Source of the DNA: an uncultured Nitrososphaerota archaeon
GTDB lineage: Archaea; Thermoproteota; Nitrososphaeria; Nitrososphaerales; CADDZS01
DNA length: 64,000 nt
Assembly: GCA_963799845.1 (NCBI GenBank)
Contig: CAWCYI010000004.1
Location: forward strand, 448,001-512,000
Reading direction: 5' to 3'
Positions within the stretch are counted from its first letter, which is position 1. Each line of letters starts with the position of its first letter. The translations under genes and the position numbers were made by a program. The notes under the pieces were generated by a model. That model had not been told where the DNA came from. It was given only the letters and a program-made list of their open reading frames with translations, and did no database searches. This document shows positions 31,337 to 42,198 of the stretch, one piece after another.

Positions 31337-32332
31337 TTGTCGAAGAAAATCACATTCGGAATCGTATTGCCCACGAGGGGCGTCCTGTTCTCAGGTTCAG
31401 ATCCTAGAAAGGACGTTATCGGACTTTCGAGGTTGACCGAAGAGTACGGTTACGATGGAGTGTGGGCTGGCGACAGCATTCTCGCAAAGCCTCGGTTGGA
31501 TTCGATTTCCGTTCTCTCCGCGGTAGCTGGAGCAACTGAGAGGCTTAAACTGGGAACTTCGTGTTTTGCAAGCTTTCCATTGAGGCATCCGATACTTCTT
31601 GGATATCAGTGGGCGACGCTTGACCAGCTTTCCGGCGGGAGGACTATACTCGTCGTCTGTCAGGGGACTCCGACGGGGCATGGCCCGATCTACAGGAATG
31701 AGTACGACGCGTTCGGAATTTCGCCGAAGGACAAGGTGGAGAGGATAGAGGAGGGCATCGAGATCTTGCGAAAGATATGGAGCGAAGACAATGTATCTTA
31801 CAACGGGAAGATCTTCAAGTTCAAGGACGTGACGGTGCAGCCAAAGCCCGCGCAGAAAAATTGTCCGATCTGGATCGCGTCGAACCCGCGCTCCACCGGC
31901 GAGCTTGAAGGTCCACCCGGAAATATCGAGGCAAACTTTGACCGGGTGGGCAAGTACGCAGATGGCTGGATGACGACGATGGTCAGCCCGGATGAATTCA
32001 GGGAAGATCTCGACAAGGTGCTCACCTGCGTATCGAAGTACAAAAAGCCCAAGGACGAGTTCAAGGCTTCTCTTTACCACAATGTCAACATGGATGAGAA
32101 CAAGAGCAAGGCGAAAGAAGAGTCTGCAGATTTCCTTCAAAAATACTATCGGGAAGATCCGTCGGGAATTCTGGATCTCTGGGTAGCGTTTGGAAACAGA
32201 AACGACGTCTCCAAGAAACTGGAAGCTTACATAACGGCAGGAGTTCAGGACTTTAACATCAGGTTCGTCGCCTGGGACCAGATTACCCAGCTGAAGAAAT
32301 TCAGTACTGAAGTACTGCCCTCTTTCAACTAG
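31337..32332 (+). CDS. LLM-class flavin/F420-dependent oxidoreductase
   Basis: YDGVWAGD, TERLKLGT, TLDQLSGGR, YADGW. Confidence 0.9.
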   Translation: MSKKITFGIVLPTRGVLFSGSDPRKDVIGLSRLTEEYGYDGVWAGDSILAKPRLDSISVLSAVAGATERLKLGTSCFASFPLRHPILLGYQWATLDQLSGGRTILVVCQGTPTGHGPIYRNEYDAFGISPKDKVERIEEGIEILRKIWSEDNVSYNGKIFKFKDVTVQPKPAQKNCPIWIASNPRSTGELEGPPGNIEANFDRVGKYADGWMTTMVSPDEFREDLDKVLTCVSKYKKPKDEFKASLYHNVNMDENKSKAKEESADFLQKYYREDPSGILDLWVAFGNRNDVSKKLEAYITAGVQDFNIRFVAWDQITQLKKFSTEVLPSFN

Positions 32333-32405
32333 AATCTAGGAAACGCGAAATGTCGGCCCAAAGACAGCAGAACGACACCGATCTACTTCAACTCGGAGCG
32401 TCCGT

Positions 32406-33635
32406 CTACCAGTGGACTAGCTCGTAAGGTGTTAGGGACTCGACTCCGCGGCTCGTTACGAGAATAGTGTCTTCGATCACAGCAGTCCCAAAATCCAGGA
32501 TGTGAGCCATCGGCTCGAATGCGAAAGACATGTTTTCCTTCAATACGACGTCCGGCAATCCGAGAGAGGGAAGTTCGAAAAATGAAGTTGCAATTGCGTG
32601 GTGTACTATCAGACCGAGATACATCCGATCCTCGAATTTCGTTCGGAGTCCGGATTTTTCTTCAAGCTCGTGAGCCTTGGCGACAATCTCGGACATTTTC
32701 CTTCCTGGTTTCATCATCGAAGTCAAAACGCTGTAAGCGCTCAGTATCACGTCGAGAACCTGTCTTTGCTCATTATTTGCCCCGCCTAGGACGACCGACC
32801 TTGACATGTCGATTTGATAACCAAATTTCATCGCCCCCATATCCAGATAGATCATATCGCCGGTCTGTATTTTTCTCGCGGTCGGATAGCTGTGCTTCAA
32901 TCCGCCTCTCGGCCCAGAGTTTACGATAGTCTGGAAACTACGGTCGTGTGCGCCTCTCTCAAACATCACCCTGTATGCAGTGGCCGCAATCTCGTTTTCC
33001 GTCATCCCGGATGAAATTGATTCGATGGCTACTTTCATAGCCAAGGCGGTGATCGCACCTATTTCCCGCTGCAGATTTATTTCGAGATCGCTGCGGATGC
33101 TTTTCATGGTAAGAAATTCTAGCCATAGATTTACCCATTCAATCTCATGTACATTTTTGAGGCGTTCCCAGATCATGATGGGAATATTGTCGAAACCGAC
33201 GACTCCGACTCTTTTGGATTTATTGTCCGATAGGATGTGATCCAAAACATCTGCGAATCGATTCAGATCGTTCGGAACGGGAATAAAGTCGTGGATCCAG
33301 GTCAACCACGCGTAGGAATTTATCGGCTCGCCGTGAAGGATTGCATCGGTAACAAGCGTTGGATCTCCCTCTTTTGAAACAACTATTGCAGCCCTTCCCA
33401 ACGGGATAAAGTTCGAAGCGTATACCAGATCGCCGTAATCTGAAGAGTTGCCGAAGATGAGCACCGAGTCCAATTTATTTCGTGACATTATCTCTCGAAG
33501 AAGTTTCACCCGCCTATCATATTCTGACATGGGGAACGGGAGGTCGAGATATTTTTTCCTCGTCTCCCAATCATAAGGAACCTGAGAACTGTATGTGGTT
33601 TGATACTCTCCAGTCATCCTGGAACAGACCTTCAA
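32406..33635 (-). CDS. M24 (Xaa-Pro/creatinase) family peptidase
   Basis: IRSDLEI, LDMG...YQIDMSR, HHAIA, FEP, IEDTILVT. Confidence 0.85.
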   Translation of the reverse strand: MKVCSRMTGEYQTTYSSQVPYDWETRKKYLDLPFPMSEYDRRVKLLREIMSRNKLDSVLIFGNSSDYGDLVYASNFIPLGRAAIVVSKEGDPTLVTDAILHGEPINSYAWLTWIHDFIPVPNDLNRFADVLDHILSDNKSKRVGVVGFDNIPIMIWERLKNVHEIEWVNLWLEFLTMKSIRSDLEINLQREIGAITALAMKVAIESISSGMTENEIAATAYRVMFERGAHDRSFQTIVNSGPRGGLKHSYPTARKIQTGDMIYLDMGAMKFGYQIDMSRSVVLGGANNEQRQVLDVILSAYSVLTSMMKPGRKMSEIVAKAHELEEKSGLRTKFEDRMYLGLIVHHAIATSFFELPSLGLPDVVLKENMSFAFEPMAHILDFGTAVIEDTILVTSRGVESLTPYELVHW

Positions 33636-33676
33636 TAGGATGCTTAAATCAATGCGTCATAACGTTTTGAATTCAG

Positions 33677-34537
33677 GTGTTTGTCGCAACGAAGATTGAT
33701 CACGTGTCAATAGCGTGGAGCAACTTAACTTTTTTGCAGGATGCCTTTGAAAGTGTTGGCCTGAAAACTGACTACGGTGGCGTTCATTCCAGTGGCGCTA
33801 CCCACATGTCTCTTCTTGCGTTCAACGACGGGTCTTACATCGAACTAATCTCAGTCGTAAAACCGGGCAGCCCTTCGCCGTCATGGGGCAGGCAGATCGC
33901 CGAGAATGGAGGGCCGTGCGCCTGGGCTGTTCGGGTCGATGATCTTGCTTCCGAAGTTCAGCGAATAAAGAGTCTCGGAATTCCAACGATTGGACCCGAT
34001 GATTACTATCGAGAGCGTCCCGATGGAGTCTTGGTGGAATGGGAGCTTGCATTCATCGGAGACGCGGGACCCGGTGCGACGCTGCCCTTCCTGATAAAGG
34101 ACAAGACGCCGAGAGAATACCGGGTAAAGCCCTCACCTAGCGTCTCATCCTCCGAGCTCACCGGAGTAACGAAAGTGATCCTCGGAGTAAGAGATCTCGA
34201 AAGAGAAGTGAAATTATTTCACAAGGTGTATGGCTGGAAAGAGCCGGTCAGGAACAATAATCTCACGGGGGACTTTCGAGGATTAATTGTTGCCGATTTT
34301 GAAGACTCTCCCGTGGTAATCGCCTCCCCCCAGAAGGAAGATTCGTGGCTTTCGAAAAGGTTAGGGCAGTTTGGAGATTCCCCGTGCGCTTTTCTGATAG
34401 GTACATCTTCCCTGCCCCAGACGCGCATGCGCTACAATCTGAAGGAGGAGCAACCTTGGATTCGGGAGAGCTCAAGGGTCGCCTGGATGCCTAGCTCAAA
34501 GCTTGGCGGAATAAGACTCGGGTTCACAGACGGCTGA
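33677..34537 (+). CDS. VOC/Glyoxalase_3 family protein
   Basis: IDHV, GGVH, GSYIEL, RERPDG...W, LPFLI.D.TPR. Confidence 0.85.
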   Translation: MFVATKIDHVSIAWSNLTFLQDAFESVGLKTDYGGVHSSGATHMSLLAFNDGSYIELISVVKPGSPSPSWGRQIAENGGPCAWAVRVDDLASEVQRIKSLGIPTIGPDDYYRERPDGVLVEWELAFIGDAGPGATLPFLIKDKTPREYRVKPSPSVSSSELTGVTKVILGVRDLEREVKLFHKVYGWKEPVRNNNLTGDFRGLIVADFEDSPVVIASPQKEDSWLSKRLGQFGDSPCAFLIGTSSLPQTRMRYNLKEEQPWIRESSRVAWMPSSKLGGIRLGFTDG

Positions 34538-34550
34538 TTTTTCGGCGTCT

Positions 34551-36179
34551 TTACTCCGGCGGGATTTCTCTCTGGAGTAGGCTCAAGTCGATCCCCTGAC
34601 TCTTCCTGACGAAGTAAGATATAGAATAGATTACCGCGCCGAGGACGAAAGTCGCAATGACGCCAGCGAAAAGTGTCTCCACGAACGTGGCGCCCCCGAT
34701 CAGCGGCTTGATGATAGCATAGATCGTTACGATGCAAACTAGTACACTTATCGCTCCCAAGATCGTGATCAACGGGATTCCACCAATCTTGCGCTTCGCG
34801 GTTGGATCAGATGCGTCGAAAACATCCTTTCTTCTGTACGGATAGACAACCGCAATCACAGCAACCACGAGAAAGACGAGAAACTGACCTGCTGTCCCAT
34901 AGTTAAACAGTGAAGACAGGAGACTGAACTGGAAAATGGAAAAGTAGGTGTATATTATTCCGACCACCGTCATCACAATTACTGCGTAGATGGGAGTCCT
35001 AGTTCTCGAGTTTATGCTGGCAAATGTTGCCGGAACTACTCTGTCAAATGACCATGCAAAGAGGTTTCTGCTCAGAGTAAAAAAAATCGAAATATTCATG
35101 ACTTCTGCTGTGAGGCCAAAACCTATGTTAAACATGGAAACAAGGACAGGATTTCTAGTCCAGAAAATTGACAGCCCCGAGGCAAGAGGCGGCGTTCCTG
35201 CTAGGAAAGGATAATTGCCGTAACCGTTGATCCACATCCCCGCCATTGAATTGACGAATTTTGGTCCTTCTCCGAAATACTCGACTGCGATCATGATGGT
35301 TATGAAAGTTGCGAAGATTATTGTGCCACCGAATTGAGCCAGAATCTGCGATTTGCGGTTTTGCTTCACCTCGCCTGCAAAATATGCAGAAGAGTTGAAT
35401 CCCAGGAAAGCGAGAAGACCAAGAGCGGCCGCGTAAAGTGTTGAACTGCTAAACAGAGGAGGCACTCCGTTATACGCGCCGAACTGCTGCTGACCGACTG
35501 ATATCACCTGATTATACGTCATATTCGAACCTGAGTAGGCGTTGAAGTTGTTTGCAAAAGTAGTACTTCCTGCCGACAGGACTGTAGCGATGAAAATCAC
35601 CCCGATTATTATCGAAATAAACGCCCAATATTTCACGACATTCGCAGCCAGTTTCGTGCTTGCGATCACGATCAGTCCCGCTATTACGATGAAAACAGCC
35701 GCGATCCAGAATGCATCTCCTGTAGATTGGAGACTATTTGCAATGCTGATGTAATTGGAGTTGTTCCCGAGTATGCCCAGGTCGTAGAACATTTCGCCAA
35801 ACGACCACTGCCCGATCCAGGGTGCAACAGACCCTACCACGGACAGAACGATCAGGGTAAGAGCGAAATTGGACACGAAGCCTATGCCGGGATTTGCGAC
35901 TCTGCTTACCCAGACATAATCTCCACCTGTTCTGGGGATTCCAATGGAAAATAGAATGTAGACTCCAGCAACGGGTAAGACTAACAAGAACCCGATGAGC
36001 GGACCGATGAGCGGATTGGCATCCGGATAGAATGCCGGAGTAAACGCGACGACGTTGAAGACGTACAACAAACCCATCTGGGTGACACACATACCGAGCG
36101 CTTCCAACCCGGAAATCTGCCGGACAAGGCCCGTCGCCTGCCTGACAAAAATCGTCTTATCTGATCCGCTAGTAGACAA
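34551..36179 (-). CDS. APC-family amino acid/polyamine permease
   Basis: FVRQATGLVR, PRTGGDYVWVSR, AGEVK, FAWSFDR. Confidence 0.9.
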   Translation of the reverse strand: MSTSGSDKTIFVRQATGLVRQISGLEALGMCVTQMGLLYVFNVVAFTPAFYPDANPLIGPLIGFLLVLPVAGVYILFSIGIPRTGGDYVWVSRVANPGIGFVSNFALTLIVLSVVGSVAPWIGQWSFGEMFYDLGILGNNSNYISIANSLQSTGDAFWIAAVFIVIAGLIVIASTKLAANVVKYWAFISIIIGVIFIATVLSAGSTTFANNFNAYSGSNMTYNQVISVGQQQFGAYNGVPPLFSSSTLYAAALGLLAFLGFNSSAYFAGEVKQNRKSQILAQFGGTIIFATFITIMIAVEYFGEGPKFVNSMAGMWINGYGNYPFLAGTPPLASGLSIFWTRNPVLVSMFNIGFGLTAEVMNISIFFTLSRNLFAWSFDRVVPATFASINSRTRTPIYAVIVMTVVGIIYTYFSIFQFSLLSSLFNYGTAGQFLVFLVVAVIAVVYPYRRKDVFDASDPTAKRKIGGIPLITILGAISVLVCIVTIYAIIKPLIGGATFVETLFAGVIATFVLGAVIYSISYFVRKSQGIDLSLLQREIPPE

Positions 36180-36319
36180 ATTTGACGAATCCGACCGGGA
36201 CGGCGGATATATTAGAGTTATTTTGCTGCACGTAGAACAGACATTACCCGCAGGAACGGCGTGGAGTTCTCGCGGACCGGGGCATTCTTAAATCTCCAAG
36301 GCCAACCCGCGAACTCACT

Positions 36320-38008
36320 TTGGCACAATCTCCTGATCAAGCCGAGTACGAGGTTCATCTTGAATTCGGCGTAAAGCAAGAAATGCGCGACGGAGTGAGA
36401 CTTTCCTCCGATATCTTCAGGCCAGCTGGTACTAAAGAAAGGTTTCCTGTCATCGTAACACGTTCCCCTTACCAGACTGTTGCAGGATTTCAGAAGAGGA
36501 TGTCTGACGAAGCAAAATTCTACGCCAGCCGCGGCTACGTTTACGTCATCCAGGATTGTCGCGGCAAAAACGATTCCGAAGGAGAATACCATCCGTTCTT
36601 CGATGATCCCACCGACGGATTTGACACGTTGAATTGGTGTGCGAAACAGGAGTGGTCAAACGGATCGATTGGCACCACGGGTGCTTCCTACCTTGCGTGG
36701 AACCAGTGGGGTACTGCGGCACTAAACCCGCCGGGCCTAAAGGCGATGATCTGCACGGTGGCGTTGCCCGATCCAGTACTTAACGTTCCATTTCAGAATG
36801 GCACGCTCGTCCTATGGATGTCAGAGTGGCTTGCGATGGTGGAAGGAAAGAGAAACACGGATACGTCGATTTTCGATTCTCTGAAGATATACGATCACCT
36901 GCCGCTTGCGACGATCGACGAGAAGTTCGGCAGAAAATCTAAGACATGGAAGAATTGGATTGGACACCCGTCGGCAGATGCTTACTGGAAAAAATCATTT
37001 TATCAGGACAAGTTCGATCGGATCGATGTTCCCGTTCTTCACATATCGGGATGGTACGACGATGACGTAATTGGAACGCACATCAATTATGTGAGGATGA
37101 CTGAGCTGTCTCCCTCAGAACGATCGAGAGAAAATCAGAAACTAATCATCGGTCCTTGGCCGCATCATGTAAATTTCTCAAGACAGCTAGGGCCGATTGA
37201 CTTCGGGGACAGCGCGATGGTAGATCTTCAAAGAATCAAACTTGAATGGTTTGATCACTGGCTCAAGGGCGTCGACAACGGGATTACTAGCGAACCCAAG
37301 GTTGACATTTTTACTATGGGAAAGAACCAGTGGCAGAAGGCTGAAGAATGGCCGTTCAAAGACATCGCCTATACGAAGTACTTTCTCCATTCTGGCGGTA
37401 AGGCGAACACTTCTTTCGGCGACGGTACGTTATCAGTGGAGCAACCTTCAGTGGACGAAAACATTGATGCTTTCACATACGATCCCATGAACCCGTGCCC
37501 AAACATATTTGATTCATCGATTACCCCTGCCGAGGGCCCGTATGACCAGAGGCCGATCGAATTGCGCGATGATGTGCTCGTGTACTCCACATCTCCCCTT
37601 GAATCAGACACCGAAGTCTCAGGGCCGGTTCATGCGGTTCTGTATGCGGCGACCTCCGCGCGTGATACGGACTTTTGGGCACAGCTCACCGATGTATTTC
37701 CAAACGGATTCTCAATGCACCTAACCGAAGGTATCATTCGCGGAAGGTACCACGGATCGCTAGAGACTCCTGAATTGTTAGTGCCAGAGAAAATCTATGA
37801 ATTCAAGATTGATCTATGGGTTACAAGCAACCTCTTTCTGAAGGGTCACAAGATCAGGCTTGATGTTTCGAGCAGCTCTTTCCCAAAGTACGATCGAAAT
37901 CCGAATACGGGGCACGAATTTGGAATGGATGCCGAGACCATCCCTGCAAATCAGCGGATCTATCACAATTCTAAATTTCCCTCGCATCTTGTCTTGTCAA
38001 TTGTCTAA
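36320..38008 (+). CDS. CocE/NonD family hydrolase
   Basis: MRDGVRL, QDCRG, GASYLA, GWYD, IGPWPH, FPKYDRNPNTG. Confidence 0.93.
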   Translation: MAQSPDQAEYEVHLEFGVKQEMRDGVRLSSDIFRPAGTKERFPVIVTRSPYQTVAGFQKRMSDEAKFYASRGYVYVIQDCRGKNDSEGEYHPFFDDPTDGFDTLNWCAKQEWSNGSIGTTGASYLAWNQWGTAALNPPGLKAMICTVALPDPVLNVPFQNGTLVLWMSEWLAMVEGKRNTDTSIFDSLKIYDHLPLATIDEKFGRKSKTWKNWIGHPSADAYWKKSFYQDKFDRIDVPVLHISGWYDDDVIGTHINYVRMTELSPSERSRENQKLIIGPWPHHVNFSRQLGPIDFGDSAMVDLQRIKLEWFDHWLKGVDNGITSEPKVDIFTMGKNQWQKAEEWPFKDIAYTKYFLHSGGKANTSFGDGTLSVEQPSVDENIDAFTYDPMNPCPNIFDSSITPAEGPYDQRPIELRDDVLVYSTSPLESDTEVSGPVHAVLYAATSARDTDFWAQLTDVFPNGFSMHLTEGIIRGRYHGSLETPELLVPEKIYEFKIDLWVTSNLFLKGHKIRLDVSSSSFPKYDRNPNTGHEFGMDAETIPANQRIYHNSKFPSHLVLSIV

Positions 38009-38037
38009 GTATAGAAGCGACGCAAGAAAGCGTTTTT

Positions 38038-39983
38038 TCAGGATTTTCTTTCGTACCTACGGAATATTTCTTGCAATCGAGGATCTGTCCTAGCTTTTGT
38101 TGCCATTGGCGAATACTTCAGGACTGAAATGGAAATCGTGTGATTCTCACCCGCCCTCCTCATTGCTTCAAAGAAATTATCGAGGTCTCCGAGAGCGCAG
38201 TAAATCAACCCAATGCCATTGATTGCCACGAAACCCTCCTCAGAAGATTTCTGAAGAACCTTGATCATTTGGATTGCTTTTTCTCGCTGGCCTTCGACGG
38301 CAGCCAGATACCCCTCCCAAAAATCATTTTCCTGATTAGCTGGATTTAGCTTTCGCAGAGTCTGTATTATGCTCCGGGCTTTCTCGTAATCTTCTTTGTA
38401 GATGTAGTAATCCATCATGCTGTCATAGGTCATGTATGGAGCAAACTTCAGTGCAGTTTCCCAAATTTCCAGTGCCTCAGATTCCCTGCCCGACCAAAAA
38501 TACTCGTCCCCGAGGCTTGTCATATTCCATGGCTCGAGTGGATCGAGCTGGTAGGCTTTCTCCCTCAGCCTCACAGATTCGTCGAGATCCCCTCCAACCA
38601 TCATGACACCCGCGAGGTTGGAGTAGGCGTCCGCTAGGTTTGGGTTGATTTCGATTGCCCGTCGGGCCTCCTTCTCGGAAGCGTTCATGTTGTCCTCCAT
38701 CTGCTCAACTGTCGAGAGCGCCGAATGTGCCTCGGCTAGCATATCGTTGATTGCAAGCGCCTTTCGAAGTAATGCTCTGGAGTTATCGATCGCCTGTTGG
38801 AAAGGAATATGGGCGTACATTGCGAGAGAATAATAGCATCCCGCCTGCCCCACATACGCTCTGGCAAACTTTGGATCTCTCTGGATCGCCTTCTCAAACA
38901 GATTGAGAGCATCCCTCAAGGCACTTTCAGCCGTTTCGTGCGATAATTGCTTCGCTTGGAGAAAATACGTGTAAGCTACAATATCTTCAGTGTCCTTTTC
39001 TTCATGCGAAACAGGTCGCACATTCAGACCGAGGCTGGTTGCGATCGATCCAGTCACGTTCTGGGCTATGTCGTCCTGAATCGCGAATATGTCGTCCAGA
39101 TCTTTATCATATCTCGAAGACCACAGGCGACTTTCAGATTTTACATCGATGAGAAAGACAGTGGCTCGGATCTTGTTTCCGACCTTTCTGACGCTTCCTT
39201 CGATGACGGTTCCGACCTGGAGCTCCCTCCCTATTTCCGAAATCTTCTTGTCTTTGTTTTTGTAGCTCATCGAAGACGTTCGCGCGATCACTTCGAGCGG
39301 TTTCACCTGCGACAGCCGATCAATCAGCTCCTCAGTAAGACCGTCCGCGAGGTACCCGTCGTTTGCGTCCGGGCTCATGTTTGTGAACGGTAAAACTGCG
39401 ATTCGTCTTCCTGTGTCGTGATCTAAGGACTGTGAACCATCCCGGTTCCAGGGCATCACCACTTTGTAGACTTCAATCGACTGGCTGATATTCTTCAATG
39501 ATACATTCCCCATGCTCTCGATTGGTACCCGGATCTTGTTTAGAATGAGATCGTAGACCTGGCGAGTCAGACAGATGCCATCGACCTCCGCAAGTTGTTG
39601 AATCCTCGACGCTATGTTAACGGCGTCTCCAAAGACATCGCCCCCCTTGTGAACGATATCTCCAACATGAATGCCGATTCGAAGTCGGATCTTCCATTCA
39701 TCCGCCGATGAGAGATTGTAGTCATGAAGAAACTCTTGAATCTCCATTGCACACTGCGTCGTGTCGAGAGCGCTTTCAAATTCGACGAGAAAAGAGTCTC
39801 CAATCGTTTTGATTTCCCTACCTCTTTGCTTCTGGAAAAACGGCCTCATGAGTTTGTTGTGTCTTTCAAGCACCCTGAGTGCCTGATCTTCGTCTGACTG
39901 GGCGAGAGCGGTATATCCCACAATATCCGTAAACATTATGCAAGCAAGAGATCTTCGGCTCGCACCGAGATCGGATCACTCAT
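38038..39983 (-). CDS. Class III adenylate cyclase - TolB-N-like - TPR protein
   Basis: FTDIVG, KTIGD, DVFGDAVNIASR; RIAVLPFTNMSPD...DGLTEE; TPRs. Start near 39983 needs a frameshift; in-frame ATG at 39936. Confidence 0.9.
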
Positions 39984-40361
39984 TGGCTTCCTAATATCAA
40001 AGAGACTAATCTTTATGATTAATCTCCGCACCGATTCATTGTTGTAACAATGGTAGAGGACGTTAGAGAGTTGGGAACAATAGTTCTATGCTTTTTACGC
40101 AATCTTGTAGAGAATGACTAATGAAGAAAGGTGCCACAGATCTCGCGGGAAAAGGGTTGGCAAACTTATAGAATTTGTCCTGGTCACGTCTGGGCGACGA
40201 GCACATGTTGAATCGTGTTTTTTTGGCTTCGGCGAAAGATCTCCTTTCATTTTGCCAAATCTTTACAAATAGGCTCCGGATTCTTCTCGAAAAATAAGCC
40301 TCTACAGATTCTATCTGGATTATAATTGGACGCAGGAATGGAACTTAACGATTGGGTGAAG

Positions 40362-40476
40362 CGCCCAGGCCGGGATTTGAACCCGGGTCGCGAGAGTGAC
40401 ACTTGAGGCTACCGATATAGCAGTCTCACATACTAACCTATTTTTACGACCGCGAACGTCTCTATACTACCTGGGC
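40362..40476 (-). tRNA. tRNA-Asp(GTC) with two introns: 40442-40461 (15/16) and 40402-40422 (32/33)
   Basis: Acceptor GCCCAGG/CCTGGGC; T-arm CCGGG-TTCAAAT-CCCGG; spliced anticodon arm TGAGA-CTGTCAC-TCTCG; BHB helix TGAG/CTCA. Confidence 0.87.
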
Positions 40477-40601
40477 AAGAGAGGACGGTTGGGGAGACAC
40501 GCTTCCAACTCTGAATTTAACCCTTTTCGCTCATGGGACAAAACTTTTGATACTGCCAAAGAACGCAGGATGATTTCCGTTAACGTCCGGCAGTTGAGAT
40601 C

Positions 40602-41324
40602 ATGAGCTATGATTTTGCACCGCTTTCGCTGAACGCGGACTCTACTTCTATCCTACTCGTTCTCGCGATAGCTCCCTCGATATACCTGCTGTGGTTTTTC
40701 TACAACTCGGACCGCTACAAGCACGAGTCCAAGAAACTGCTCGCCGTGACGTTCGCACTCGGTGCCCTCATGATCCTCCCGGCAATATTCCTAGAACTTT
40801 TTGCCAAAATACTCTTTCCAGAAGGCACGACTCTTCTGGGAGTTTTCGTTTACTTTCTTCTTGAAGTCGCGCTGTTCGAGGAGGGTCTGAAATTCTTTGC
40901 CGTCAGAATCTACGCTTACAATTCGAAGATGTTCAACGAGCCGATGGACGGTCTCATTCTGGGTGTCGCCGCCGCGTTGGGGTTTGCAACCGTCGAGAAT
41001 ATTTTTTACGTCCTCAGCTCCGGAATTCTAACCGCGCTTGTTAGGGCGATTATCAGCGTCCCATCGCACGCCCTTTTTGGAGCGGTGATCGGCTTTTATC
41101 TCGGGGAGGCGAAATTTCATAAGAAACCTCTTCTTGCTCTGAAGGGACTCGCTGCTGCGATCTTTCTCCACGCAATGTTTGACACCATTGCAACCGTTGT
41201 CCCTTCCATCATCGGGATCGTGGCGCTGGTTGCATTTGTCCTCGTGCTGTACTACAGGGTCGTAAAGGGCGAGGAGAGGACGGCAGAGGCGGAATCTCCG
41301 TTCAGGCGGAGCGGACCCCTGTGA
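40602..41324 (+). CDS. prsW: PrsW-family intramembrane metalloprotease
   Basis: LFEEGLKF, GFATVEN, SHALF, LHAMFD. Confidence 0.9.
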   Translation: MSYDFAPLSLNADSTSILLVLAIAPSIYLLWFFYNSDRYKHESKKLLAVTFALGALMILPAIFLELFAKILFPEGTTLLGVFVYFLLEVALFEEGLKFFAVRIYAYNSKMFNEPMDGLILGVAAALGFATVENIFYVLSSGILTALVRAIISVPSHALFGAVIGFYLGEAKFHKKPLLALKGLAAAIFLHAMFDTIATVVPSIIGIVALVAFVLVLYYRVVKGEERTAEAESPFRRSGPL

Positions 41325-41470
41325 TTTTATTCTGGTAACATTTTTCATATTATTCCGTCTCTATTATCTTGCTTCAGCTGCCATTAATCGTCGCCAAAGA
41401 TTTTGTTTGAATCTGCCGATTGCTTAATATTGCATCTGGCTCAAGTTCGGCTGTACGAACTAGAGTAAAT

Positions 41471-41580
41471 GGGCCTCTAGCTCAGCCAGGTAGAGCACTG
41501 GTGTTTATCGCGACCCAAAGTTGCGTAGACTGGTGAGACTTTTAATCCAGGGGTCTGGGGTCCGAATCCCCAGAGGCCCG
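41471..41580 (+). tRNA. tRNA-Lys(TTT) with a 30/31 intron (41502-41537)
   Basis: Acceptor GGGCCTC/GAGGCCC; spliced CTGGA-CTTTTAA-TCCAG; BHB helix CACT/GGTG; T-loop TCCGAAT. Confidence 0.87.
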
Positions 41581-41581
41581 C

Positions 41582-42148
41582 TCAAGTCTTCATATCGCTT
41601 GAAATCCTCTGAATCCCTTTTTCAATATCGGCTACCTTGCTGATTCTTGAAATAGGTTCGTAAAATTCTCGTTCCAGATATCTTGCTACTTGTCCTTTGG
41701 GAAGTCCCTCAATTACTAAAGCATCTTGAATTGAATTTTCAATATTGCGCTTAGTTAATTTTGGTGGCTCATATCCATCCGAAAGGTCTAGTTCGAGAGA
41801 ACTTAACGGGGCGCCTAATTTTCGAACTCGTCCTAATTCCTTGATGAACGCTTTTCCGTGGCCGTTCTTAGTTAGCCACCAAAGTTTCGCGTGAACCATT
41901 TCATGAGTCATAGTCTGGAGTGTTCCATTCTTAGAAACACCGGAACGAAGAAAGATCTTCCTATCTCTGACAGAACAATATCCGGCACTCAAATGAGCAA
42001 AATTCTTACATTTCGAACCAATGAGAATCTTGTACTGAGGCAACGTTCCTTGAAAATATTTCTCGTTAAACGACTGGAATATTTTCTCAAGGGAGAAGTC
42101 TCGACGACAGGTATTCAAGAAAAAAGGATTCTCAAGAGATTCTCTCAT
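41582..42148 (-). CDS. SprT-like zinc metalloprotease
   Basis: FNEKYFQG.LP, THEMVH, GHGKAF. Confidence 0.8.
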   Translation of the reverse strand: MRESLENPFFLNTCRRDFSLEKIFQSFNEKYFQGTLPQYKILIGSKCKNFAHLSAGYCSVRDRKIFLRSGVSKNGTLQTMTHEMVHAKLWWLTKNGHGKAFIKELGRVRKLGAPLSSLELDLSDGYEPPKLTKRNIENSIQDALVIEGLPKGQVARYLEREFYEPISRISKVADIEKGIQRISSDMKT

Positions 42149-42198
42149 TTCATTCTCCTTATTTCGTTTCTCAACCAGGTATCGGACGGCTTCCTCGA

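Noticed and set aside
29930-32140. Long shadow ORFs (29930-30448 +, 31397-32140 -)
   Set aside because: They overlap better-supported genes and show no motifs
40396-40605. ORFs overlapping tRNAs (40396-40605, 14557-14742, 14669-14857)
   Set aside because: Spurious frames across tRNA genes
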